DNA of 64,000 nt from Octopus sinensis. Taxonomy: Eukaryota. The DNA is taken from contig NC_043001.1 in NCBI RefSeq assembly GCF_006345805.1, positions 50,592,001-50,656,000 on the forward strand, given 5' to 3'. How positions within the stretch are numbered: the stretch's first letter is position 1; every line of letters starts with the position of its first letter. Both the position numbers and the translations under genes were made by a program. This document shows, piece after piece, positions 12,228 through 23,838 of this stretch. The notes below the pieces were generated by a model that was not told where the DNA came from, made no database searches, and saw only the letters and a list, made by a program, of their open reading frames with translations.

Positions 12228-12480
12228 TCTATTATATAAAATCCGTTCTGTCTGTCTGTGTGTGTTTCTTCTAGGATCTTGAGCATCCTCCATTCAATTG
12301 AATTCAAATTTGATATGTAGATACCAACAGTATCAGAGTGTGTATAAGTCTTGAAAAAATTACAAAAATCGATTGCAGGTGAGAATGCGATCGATAAAGC
12401 CGTGGGAACATGCATTTGTATGCCCAAGTACATCAGCTGTTGCGATCAATACTACGCGTATGCAAGAAAAATGCACGTGC
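12228..12480 (+). mobile_element. Possible non-autonomous Helitron 5' portion
   Basis: A|TCTATTATATAAAATCCGTTCTGTCTGTCTG start typical of invertebrate Helitron relics; 3' hairpin/CTRR not located. Confidence 0.4.
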
Positions 12481-15155
12481 AGTTTGCACAAAAAAAGCCG
12501 GCTGGTTTGAAATAATGCCACAAAATGCGGTATATTTAAGAGACCAAAAAAGATACAAAAGAGATATTTTCTTCAAACTTGGCATGAAGGAAGGAAAGAC
12601 TATTTGGTTTCTCAAGAAGTTTTTTTGCCTTAACTTCGTTTAACAAAACCAAAAATTTTATTGAAATAAAGGCATGCTTAATTATTTTTTAATGAAAAGA
12701 AAACACTAATTGCTTTTTATTCAAGGAAGAAAATACTATTTTCTTGCTAATAAATGATTTGTGTTGCCTTATAGCTTTAAACCCAAAAAAGTGTTTTTTA
12801 GTGAAAGAAAACCATTATTGTGTTCAATCAAGATTGTTTGAGCTTTATTTCAAGGTGACTGTAGTCAAAATACTTCAGTTTTAGAAACAAAAGACTATTT
12901 GCTTGCATCTTAATTGTGCAATATTTGCATTTTCTAAACATATACAATTAACCTACAATTGACCAGTTACGTTCTCATAAATTCATCATGCTTTTCCATC
13001 TAGATTTACCTCCAGCTAACCCATTTGCCTGCTTCGTTTTTGTCCTGCTTTTCTTCCGTCAACCTGTATATAACTGCACACTCCATTCTTTGTTGCTTTT
13101 GTACTGCTTAAAGGCACGTTTCTTTCCTGCCAAGCTTACTGTTTAAACCATGTTTGTGTTCTCCCAGTCAACAACCTTATCATTACTGGTATTTTAAACT
13201 CTTCGGTTGTATATATGTGTAAATAAAATCGTTTTTTCTTTGGAATAGAAAAAAGTCTATCTTTATTTCTTGTTTTGCTGGTGTCTCAAATTTAGGTTAA
13301 ATCAGTGTTTCTCAAAGGGGAGGCCTATGGGACGGTCAGACAAGTTGTGTTGAGAAAATTTGGTTTAAATGTTTGACAACTCAGCACCATCCATTGGACG
13401 GGGGTGGGCGTTTTGCTCGTACTAAATAACATAGCTTGGTTTATCATTGACTCAGGTTATCTATACCAAGGACAAAATGCCCCCTGCTGGTTATGTTTAA
13501 GGGAATCTATACAAAAACATATCACATAAGCCCAAATAATTATTAACCAAGCAACATGAAGACTTCTCTGTATGTGTCCATAAATTTTTTAAATCATTCA
13601 AGTTTTACTACAGGTTTAATCGCAGTAAAACTTCTCACTAATGCATAGTTTAGACATTATATGAACTCAATTAATTAAATAAGTATATCTACAGTTATAT
13701 CATATCCTTTTATCCTTTATTTTATAGATCCTCATTCTTTCCATTAATTCATATTTAACCTGTCCCACCTAGATTATAACTAATTGAATATCCTTTCTGT
13801 TATAGCACTCTCATTATTAAAAGAGCACCACTCAGCCTTCTCTTTTCATGGTTTGGAGTTATATGCTGAGTAATGAAATATATATAATTAATTTAACTTT
13901 CCAGATCTTTATCTCTAACTTACTTATATGATATGTTTTTCATTGTCCATTATCATTATATATTTTCTTCATCCCTGGGCACCATAATTTCACTAAACTT
14001 AAACTTAATAAATAAATGCCTCATATTTATTTTTAATTTGTCATCTTTGGGTTTTTTTTTTATTCTTCAATTCCCAACTGGTATCATTAGTACAACAAAT
14101 TTTTAAATTTTAGTTAATGTTATAGGCATCTATTTCTAGTACCATTGTAACCAAATGAGCCCTAAATCTCCCCTCATCTCTAGTAGTATCAGGTTCCCTA
14201 TAATTCGAGATCTTCATTATCTTTTACAACCACTATATTACTAAGACAGCAGCAATGGTAACAAGAACAGCACTGGTAATAGCAGTGGCAGTGGTAGTAC
14301 ATCAGGCAGCAAAGGCAAAAATACTAACAGTTACAATGGCAGCAGCAACACCAATATTGTGGCTGGAAATGTCTGCTATGCCAGCAACAATGGAACCATC
14401 AGGATCATACCCAGCACTGGCAGTGACTCGAACAACACCTGCGGCAACAACAACTACATCAAACCCAGAGTTAATGAATGAATCATCAGCAGTGGTAGCA
14501 TATCCAATACACAGACGTGAAAATATTTTGATTCAACCAGGCACTCCTTTAGGAAACGTCTGAACAACCACAGGTCCCCTTTTAGGATAGTGGAAAGGTG
14601 CAACACCTTGTCCCTGGCCAGCTACATATAACACTTAAATGAGGAAGGAACTCCATGTATAATTAAAAAGAAGCTCCTTCAAGAACCTGGGACTTATATA
14701 AATGGGAGTAAACAATGTAAGCTAGATTGGCAGAGAAAGCAAGAATCCTAAAAATCTCGCTTGATCTGAAGACTTTTTAAACTCCAGGTAAGAAATATTT
14801 AGTCAATGTCCTTGTCCATAATGTTTCCTGCTTTTCCTGCATTGAATAGACCTGTGTCAGCATCTTTGAATATCATTACTGCCAGAACCAATGTAAGTTG
14901 GATCACCCCATCCTGCCTGCATCATCTCCTGCATGGACAAATATATTTTTGTTTACAAAACAAACTGACCATGACATAATTCTTCTTCTACTTGTAGAGA
15001 GGTTATGCTCTATCAGCCATTTGAGTTTGATGAGTCACCTATATAGCTAAGTACTTCAGAGGTGCAAAACCAATGGTGATTCTCTGATTGGTCATAACAA
15101 TGAACTTCCTAAAAATATATTACTGCTCTAATGTTTTAGAGTGTGCTTCTTTCCA

Positions 15156-15191
<36 letters not shown>

Positions 15192-15516
15192 ACTGTGCTA
15201 ATTATGACTGAGGATGCAGATTAGCACCAACATTGCTAGAAATACGAGTTAAAAACACAGACACAAATAAGCACATGTCTATGCACTGACAGGGGAGATA
15301 GCCATCCCACAGCTAACAAGATTAACATACTAGTCTAGTTCCACTCATATATATATATATGTATATATATATATACATATCCTGGAAAACCATATTGTGG
15401 TTAACAGATTGCGGTTAATCATTTAAGCTTATATTGTTTCCTCCATGATGTTGTTTTGCATTTATAATTAAATAAATATATATAACTATAAAAATAATAA
15501 AAAAAGATATACAGTA

Positions 15517-15930
15517 GGTGTAGGAGTGGCTGTGTGGTAAGTAGCTTGCTTACCAACCACATGGTTCCAGGTTCATTCCCACTCTGTGGCACCTTGGGCA
15601 AGAGCCTTCTACTATAGCCTTGGCCCGACCAAAGCCTTGTGAGTGGATTTGGTAGACGGAAACTGAAAGAAGCCCGTCGTATATATGTATATATATCTGT
15701 ATGTGTGTCTGTGTGTTTGTGTGTCTGTGTTTGTCCCCAAACATCACTTGACAACAAATGGTGGTGTGTTTACGTCCCCGTAACTTAGCAGTGCGGCAAA
15801 AGAGCCCAATAGAATAAGTACTAGGCTTCCAAAGAATAAGTCCTGGGGTCGATTTGCTCGACTAAAGGCGGTGCTCCAACATGGCCACAGTCAAATGACT
15901 GAAAGAAGTAAAAGAGTAAAGAGTAAAAAG
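15517..15930 (+). mobile_element. SINE family B, full length
   Basis: Near-identical to 31260-31650, 36896-37310, 51855-52206 and 62027-62422(-). Confidence 0.9.
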
Positions 15931-17058
15931 AGCACAGTACTGTTTCTACTTTGGGAAATTTCACCTATCACATGGGGTTTGGGAAGGGAACACCCGCGAT
16001 ATTTGAGAGATTACTGTGTGTGTGTGTTTGTGAATCTATGTGTATATGTCTTTGTGTTTGTCCCCCAGTCACAGCCTGACAACTGGTGTTGGTGTGTTTA
16101 CATCTCCATAACTTAGTGGTTCAACAAAAGAGATCAGTAAAAAAAGTCCTATGTTTGATTTGTTCAATTAACACCAGTCAAGGCAGTGCTCCAGCATGGC
16201 TGCAGTCAACTGACTGAAACAATAAAAGGAATATAACTACTTATACACACATACAATAAATACAGACACACACACATTAGTCAGACATATAGCCACATAT
16301 ACACACACACGTGTGTATGATTGGTGTATGTGATCGCGGTGGTGGTGGTCATTTGTGCAGATTTGGTGTGATTTCTTTTTTAAAAACAATAATGAATAAT
16401 GCAAGAATATATTTATTTATAAAGTTTAAACAGAACATGGAATGAAATGTATTTATTTATAAACTTTAAACTGAACTTCAATTGTTTTATAAACCTAACA
16501 GTGTGGTGGTACGTAAATAAACGGCGTAAATTAACAAAGGTATAAACCTGACGGAAATACACGAAGTTGACTACTTTCACTTCTGACAACCAAAGGCATG
16601 ACAGTGCCATAAAAGAATATATCTATCTTTGGATATGAAGGTGTATAGAAGAATATTGCAGGTTGCATATGCAATTACACATTCTCTATGCAGCAGAAAT
16701 GTGTCAGTCATGTTAACCAATTATGCTGTATAATTAACTGTTAAAATTAAAAGAAATTTGAAGATGTAGCAGTCTCCGTATTCTTAGTAATTACTTTGGA
16801 CTTAAACCCCTACAAATATTCATAATTGACTGAAGTGAACCTAGGGTTTACCCATCTGAAGAATTACGGTGGGATTGCTCAATCTAAGCAAATCTGTGTG
16901 CGTCTTACTACTTGATACTGTTAGTCAGAATCTGGACTGTACCTGAGAGCTCTTACAGTACCCACTTGCGTAATTTGCCCTTATATACTCATTGTATCTA
17001 TATCTGGACCGTTAGCTCCTACATGCATTTTTTTCTCTCTTTGTTTTTTTTCTGTGTA

Positions 17059-17096
17059 TCTTTCTGTCGAAGAGCGTAGGCTCGAAACGTAAAAGA
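17059..17096 (+). ncRNA. Minimal HHR-like motif with CUGUNGA core variant, in an element ending at (TA)n
   Basis: tcttt CTGTCGA A GAGC GTAG GCTC GAAAC GTA aaaga: 5-bp stem I, 4-bp stem II with tetraloop, palindromic ACGT. Confidence 0.55.
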
Positions 17097-17193
17097 CTTG
17101 TTCTATTTCTATTCCTGAGTGCCATACTAATACATTTGTTGGTTTGTACTCCACCTGCCTTCGTCTTTTGTTTATTTTCGTAAACCTTCCCGT

Positions 17194-17224
<31 letters not shown>

Positions 17225-17390
17225 ATTTATTTATATATTTTTATATACATATACATATATATATAAATATATATTTTATATATATATATTTTATTTCATT
17301 GTTGAATTGCTAAAAGGTGGTTCTTCTCTAATTTATATACATATATTTATAGATATATACATATATATTTACACATATATATATACATAT

Positions 17391-18743
17391 ATGGTCCGAC
17401 AACTGCAGGAGAAGTACCTAGCTAAAGATAAACCCCTCTACATAGCTTTTGTGGACTTGGAGAAAGCCTTTGACAGGGTTCCCCGATCCCTTATCTGGTG
17501 GTCGATGCGGAAACTGGAGATTGACGAATGGCTAATAAGGGCTGTACAGGCTCTATACAGAGAGGCTGTCAGCAAGGTTAGGATTGGCAACGAATATAGT
17601 GAAGAATTCCGGGTAGAAGTAGGTGTACACCAGGGCTCAGCCCTCAGTCCCCTTTTATTCATCATAGTCCTCCAGTCAATAACAGAGGAATTCAAAACAG
17701 GTTGCCCCTGGGAGCTCCTCTATGCTGATGACCTGGCCCTCATAGCAGAATCACTACCGGAACTAAAAAAGAAATTCCGGGTGTGGAAACAAGGGTTAGA
17801 ATCAAAGGGCCTTAGAGTAAATGTAGTAAAGACCAAAGTTATAGTATGCAGAAAGGCGAACTCAGCACACACCCCATCAGGCAGGTGGCCCTGCTCGAGC
17901 TGTAGGAAAGGTGTAGGTAGAAACTCCATAAGATGCACCCAGTGTAAGCTATGGACGCATAAGAGGTGCAGCAACATCAAAGGGAAATTAACTGATAAGA
18001 TAGCTTTCATGTGTGGCAGATGCACAGGGACAATAGACACCACAAATACTCAGAAAACAGATTCCATCACACTCCAGGGGGAGAAACTAGAAGTAGTTGA
18101 TAGTTTCCGCTACCTGGGTGACCAAGTTAGTAGTGGGGGTGGATGCTCAGAGAGTGTCACCACTAGAATACGAATAGCCTGGGCAAAGTTTAGAAAGTTC
18201 CTACCCCTACTGGCGACAAAGGGTGTCTCACTCAGAGTGAAAGGTAGATTGTATGATGCATGTGTGCGAACTGCCATGCTTCACGGCAGTGAAACATGGG
18301 CCGTGACTGCAGAGGACATGCGTAGACTTGAAAGAAATGAAGCTAGCATGATCCGCTGGATGTGTAATGTCAGTGTGAATGCACGACAGAGTGTAAGCAC
18401 CCTGAGAGAAATGCTAGGCATAAGAAGCATCAGATGCGGTGTGCAAGAGCGACGCTTGCGATGGTATGGTCATGTACTGCGGATGGATGAGGAGAGATGT
18501 GTGAAGAATTGCCACTCCCGAACAGTTGAAGGAATCAGGGGGAGAGATAGACCCAGGAAGACATGGGATGAGGTAGTCAAGCATGACCTCAGAGCGTTGG
18601 GCCTCACTGAGGCAATGGTGAAGGACCGAGATCTCTGGAGATGTGCTGTGACTACTAAGACCCAAGATGCTTCTGGCACCAGTTCCGCATACCCCCTGCC
18701 CATTCAAAGTACCTTGGATCCCGGAACATCTCAGTGTGCTTGA
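17391..18743 (+). CDS. 5'-truncated RTE-clade LINE reverse transcriptase ORF (uninterrupted) with embedded C4HC3 zinc finger
   Basis: FVDLEKAFDRVP, GVHQGSALSPLLF, LLYADDL, FRYLG, LRWYGHV, RPRKTW motifs; upstream part of the ORF-track entry is TA-repeat read-through. Confidence 0.93.
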   Translation: MVRQLQEKYLAKDKPLYIAFVDLEKAFDRVPRSLIWWSMRKLEIDEWLIRAVQALYREAVSKVRIGNEYSEEFRVEVGVHQGSALSPLLFIIVLQSITEEFKTGCPWELLYADDLALIAESLPELKKKFRVWKQGLESKGLRVNVVKTKVIVCRKANSAHTPSGRWPCSSCRKGVGRNSIRCTQCKLWTHKRCSNIKGKLTDKIAFMCGRCTGTIDTTNTQKTDSITLQGEKLEVVDSFRYLGDQVSSGGGCSESVTTRIRIAWAKFRKFLPLLATKGVSLRVKGRLYDACVRTAMLHGSETWAVTAEDMRRLERNEASMIRWMCNVSVNARQSVSTLREMLGIRSIRCGVQERRLRWYGHVLRMDEERCVKNCHSRTVEGIRGRDRPRKTWDEVVKHDLRALGLTEAMVKDRDLWRCAVTTKTQDASGTSSAYPLPIQSTLDPGTSQCA

Positions 18744-19200
18744 GGAGACCTGTTGAGTCAAGTGCATGTACATGAACATCGAACCAAATATCAATGGAAA
18801 CAGTAGTTGTGATACCTGTGCCGGTGACACATAAAAAGCACCATCCGAACGTGACCAATGCCAACCCCGCCTCGAATGGCTTCTGTGCCGGTGGCACATA
18901 AAAAGCACCATCCGAACGTGGCCGATGCCAGCACCGCCTCGACTGGCTTCTGTGCCGGTGGCACATAAAAAGCACCAACCGATCGTGGCCGATGCCAGAC
19001 CCCTCTGGCACCTGTGCAGGTGGCACGTAAAAAGCACCCACTACACTCGCGGAGTGGTTGGCGTTAGGAAGGGCATCCAGCTGTAGAAACACTGCCAGAT
19101 CAGACTGGAGCCTGGAGCAGCCCCTGGCTCCCCAGACCCCGGTTGAACTGTCCAACCCGTGTTAGCGCGGAAAACGGACGTTAAACGATGATGATGATGA
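17391..19200 (+). mobile_element. RTE LINE 3' portion with ~60-bp tandem-repeat 3'UTR and (GAT)n tail
   Basis: ORF, then 4 units of tgtgccggtggcacataaaaagcacc... (18817-19040), then ggcgttaggaagggcatccagc...gacgttaaacgatgatgatg; same 3'UTR alone at 29200-29610. Confidence 0.9.
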
Positions 19201-19367
19201 TAGCCATCTACTCGCAATACCAACGCACACTCTCCTACCTTGATGTAATCTCCAGGGATACAGGCATCCAGCAACAGGACCTCCGTAATGCCATGATGGA
19301 CCGTGAAGTCTGGCATAGCATGGTAAATTCCATTGTCTCGACCACGGTCGAACAATGATGATGATGA

Positions 19368-19370
<3 letters not shown>
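19201..19370 (+). mobile_element. RTE-X-like LINE 3' end fragment
   Basis: TLSYLDVISRDTGIQQQDLRNAMMDREVWHSMV...* followed by (GAT)n. Confidence 0.7.
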
Positions 19371-19412
<42 letters not shown>

Positions 19413-19413
19413 C

Positions 19414-19459
<46 letters not shown>

Positions 19460-19992
19460 CATATATATATATTATATATATATTTATTTATATATTTTAT
19501 ATACATATATATATTTTATATATATATTTTATTTCATTGTTGAATTGCTAAAAGGTGGTTCTTCTCTAATTTATATACATATATTTATATTATATATATA
19601 TATATACGTTTATATATTTGTTGTGCAAAATTTTTTATGTGAAGTCGTGTGTTGGAACAGATATTGTTGTATTTCGGAATGGTCATTTTGCCAATTTAGC
19701 AAATATTTTTAAAATGTACTTACTCTGTCAGCTTCTTCAGATAATGTCAACTCAATTAGGGAATAAATGAATACATACCAGAGTTTCAAGAAACTGGAAA
19801 GAATAATAAAGTATTATACGGTTTATGTCCTGAAACAATGACATGTAGTATTTCCTTCATAAAGTGGCATTGCAAAAAGTGAGTAAGAACATATATATTT
19901 GCGTGTGTGAATATGTGTATGTATGGCTGAAATAAGATTAAGTTTAATGTAAAAAATAAATAACACTGAAGCAAAGTAACACCAAATATATA

Positions 19993-20531
19993 CACTTGCG
20001 TCGGAAATTAATTAGCACTTCTCAAATTTCTACATTTTCTTACATTTTCTTAATTTAATTAACTTATTATCAGAAATGAACTCGTTTTTAATCAAAAATG
20101 TATTAAAACATATCCCAGCACACCACATAATTGTGAAATTATTAATCGTGAAATTTAGTCAATATCTTGTTGCTCCTCCTTTGGCAGCAATGACAGCTGC
20201 TACGCGGGTCGGCATGCTGTCTATGAGTGCCTGCAGAAGTGCCCCAAACAGCTCGTGTCGGTTCCTGTATTGCTGCACATTCAAATCCCTACCCAATCGA
20301 CTCCAGAGGTTCTCAATAGGGTTCAGGTCAGGTGACTGCCCAGCACGTACTCCTCGCCACCAAAGAGGTATCCCGTACTATCTCAACGTACTTTGTTGCG
20401 TTGATGTTGCCTTCGACGGCATAGAGCCGCCCAACACCACTGTAGCTGAATGCCCCTCACACCATCAGACCACCCCCACCATGGTTCATGGTGAGCAAAT
20501 CAAGGGTGCTAATTAATTTCTGACGGTAGTG
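19993..20531 (-). mobile_element. Internally deleted Tc1 transposon
   Basis: 26-bp TIRs cacttgcgtcggaaattaattagcac / gtgctaattaatttctgacggtagtg; TA TSD; minus-strand QSPDLNPIENLW and LIDSMPTRVAAVIAAKGGATRY*. Confidence 0.9.
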
Positions 20532-20581
20532 TAGTGCGTGTGATTTTATTGGCTAAACTGGCAAAATGACCATTCCGAAAT

Positions 20582-20689
<108 letters not shown>

Positions 20690-21565
20690 TACATATACAT
20701 ACACATATTCACACACGCAAATATATATGTTCTTACTCACTTTTTGCAATGCCACTTTATGAAGGAAATACTACATGTCATTGTTTCAGAACATAAACCG
20801 TATAATACTTCATTATTCATTCCAGTTTCTTGAAACTCTGGTATGTATTCATTTATTCACTAATTGAGCTGACATTATCTGAAGAAGCTGACAGAGTAAG
20901 TACATTTTAAAAATATTTCAACAATAAACTTAAAATGATACAACTTATTGTAACATTCTATTCAAAATTCACTTCTGAGAACTACTTTATCATAATTGCA
21001 CATGTTCATTTAATAGATTTAAAGTAACAATTAGCAACAATTAATTAACAAATAACCCAAGCAGAATACTCTTGAACATTAAGAGTTCACAATTTTTATG
21101 GTCTGCAGAGAATTTGACAAAACTCCAGTGTAGGATAGGTCCAAATATTATGTTATAATACATCAGAAAATAATATGCTAGCATTTCATGTGTGTATACT
21201 GACATTAAGGTGTATATGTTCTAGAACACTCCATAATTTATAAAGAAAACATTATTGATATTTTAGATTCCTGTAATTCACTGTGCTTCAAACTTATCTT
21301 ATAGTAACAGAAGACTTTTACAATGCTTAACAGAATTTATTTACAATACTTAACAGATATGAAAAATTGTGTAGATAAATTAAACAGGCATTATAAAAAT
21401 TATGTCAATTGCATGTAGTGGTTATGGTCCTCACCTCATGCAAATGTAAGTATTAAATTAGGAAAATTTGTGACAAATGATACATGAAATATGAAAAAAA
21501 TTTATGAGAAGACACACCTTAGATAAAAGAAGGAAGGATACAGACAAAAAAACATGACAAACAGA

Positions 21566-21602
<37 letters not shown>

Positions 21603-21834
21603 ATATAAATATATATATATTATATGACGAAAGAAGAATGAATTTTTTAGGTTGTTCAATTTTTCTTAACCAACCAATGAGCCAGTTGAGTAAATCCATC
21701 AATAACAAACCTATAATGATTTCTGAAAACAGTTGTAAGCCAAATTGACTACAATAAAGATAAATATCTAATGATGATTATTTATACTTTGTCTTATATA
21801 TATATATATATTTATTTATTTATTTATATATATA

Positions 21835-22220
21835 AAAAATACAAAAATGGGACAAGAATGCAAAACATCCAGACAATTAGGTGATACAAAAAGAAGACAA
21901 CAAAACATCCAGACAGACGATACAAAGAAAATAAGGACGAGTCATTCAGAGTTTTCTATCCTCAGTCGAGTTCCAGATTATCTTTGCAATTTTGGTTGGT
22001 TATATTGGAGATTGCTCCCCTTGAGGCTGGCCAGATTGGAGCAATCTTGAGTATAATCAGCCGAAATTGCAAAGATAATGTGGAACTCGACTGAGGATAG
22101 AAAACTCCGAATGACTCGTCCTTGTTTTCTTTGTATCATCTGTCTGGATGTTTTGTTGTCCCTTTTTTGTATCACCTGTCTGGATGTTTTGCGTTCTTGT
22201 CCCATTTTTGTATTTTTTCT
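21835..22220. repeat. TA-flanked palindromic element (~185-bp arms, ~19-nt loop)
   Basis: aaaatacaaaaatgggacaagaa...gagattgctcc / ggagcaatct...ttcttgtcccatttttgtatttt. Confidence 0.85.
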
Positions 22221-22251
<31 letters not shown>

Positions 22252-22424
22252 ATAAAAAAAAAATAAATATATATATATATAAGACAAAGTATAAATAATC
22301 ATCATTAGATATTTATCTTTATTGTAGTAAATTTGGCTTACAGCTGTTTCCTGTAATCATTATAGGTTTGTTATTGATGGATTTACTCAACTGGCTTAAA
22401 ATAATACAACTTATTGTAACATTG

Positions 22425-22509
<85 letters not shown>

Positions 22510-22580
22510 TATATATATATACACATATGGACAAAAACGTCTAGATAGAAAATGCTAAAATAATTTTATAAAAATCATTT

Positions 22581-22616
22581 CAGTACCAGTTTCAGTCATT
22601 GAGACTTTTTCAACTG
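22581..22616 (-). ncRNA. Minimal HHR-like motif, UUGAAAA core variant
   Basis: Minus strand: cag TTGAAAA AGTC TCAAT GACT GAAAC TG GTA ctg. Confidence 0.55.
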
Positions 22617-22783
22617 TAAGTATGGAAAACAATTAAATTTTGGAAAAATTAAAAGAAAAGTCTTTTTAAAAGAATATTTGCATATTGTTCAAATACAAGT
22701 GGCATTTTCCTTGTTTCTTCCTGTCTCTGTCTCTCTTGTTTATTCTTGTGGGTTCAAGGTCATTGTGAATTCTTGGTAGGGAA

Positions 22784-22897
22784 GAAAAGAAGAAGAAGAA
22801 GAAGAAGAAGAAGAAGAAGAAGAAGAAGAAGAAGAAGAAGAAGAAGAAGAAGAAGAAGAAGAAGAAAAGAAGAAGAAGAAGAAGAAGAAGAAGAAGA
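22784..22897. repeat. (GAA)n microsatellite, ~38 units
   Basis: Seen directly. Confidence 0.95.
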
Positions 22898-23060
22898 ATT
22901 TTGATCTGGGATGCGTGCAGAGCCATTCTTTTATGTAGACTGTTTTTTGTTTGGCCTAATGTATTGCTCTTGAAACCCAGATGTATATATGGAGTAGAAA
23001 TGAAAATACATATTGTTGTGAATGTCAACAGATTAGCAAATGAACAAGAGAAAGTTGTTC
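22898..23060 (-). pseudogene. PLE GIY-YIG endonuclease relic
   Basis: ...TLGQTKNSLHKRMALHASQIK resembles the YIGQT...L..R...H motif; lies upstream of the HHR at 22581 on the same strand. Confidence 0.6.
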
Positions 23061-23796
23061 TGTTATTCAGTTGTGTCAGTGCTCACAGCCAACCTGTGAC
23101 CACAGCACTATCTATTGAAAGCATCACATGTTGAAGTGTCTGACGACAGTATTGAGTTGACTCCTACTATTCACTTAGAAAATTTCAACCAATCAGAAAC
23201 TCACTCATACACGGAAATTTTCAGATGTCTAGCTTCTGAAGATCATGTTCACTAGTATCAAGTGACTACTTCTGGTTATTATCACGTATCCTTCTCCAAA
23301 TATGAATATGATTTTTTTTACCAGGTCAAGTTGTAACTGCACCTCTTGCATGTCTCATCAAGGGGTTTTAGTCTATAATTTTACAGTGACTGCCACCTAG
23401 AACTACCAACTTTTAATTGAGATATTTAACTAATATGCCTTTCTGAAAGAAATTCCATAACTTTAGTTAAAATAACTGTGTAATTAATATAGGTTGTTCA
23501 AAGTTTTAAATTACTTATCTTTGTACATCAAAATTATTGTTTGATTTAATAAGCATCTCTACATTATATTCTCTTTATGTTTTATAAAATAAAAAACATT
23601 AAAAAATATTCATTATTTTGAATCATCATCATCGTTTGAACTGTCTTTTTTCTTTTTTCATGCTAGCATGGGTTAGAAAAAACCACACATGTAATACATG
23701 CATACATACATACCTAATACACACACACACATATATATATTATGTATGTATGTGTGCTAGTGCATGCGTGTGTGTATGCATATATGCATTTATGTA

Positions 23797-23838
<42 letters not shown>

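Noticed and set aside
14255-14950. Ala/Thr-rich 102-aa ORF as a host gene
   Set aside because: Low complexity, no domain motifs or clear splice structure; adjoins a decayed LINE-like relic
17307-17390. N-terminal part of the 478-aa ORF
   Set aside because: Translation of a TA repeat and duplicated flank; RT homology starts at ~17391
18817-19040. CRISPR-like repeat/spacer appearance (also 29235-29455)
   Set aside because: Linkers are homologous to each other, the array lies in a LINE 3'UTR, the context is eukaryotic and there are no cas genes
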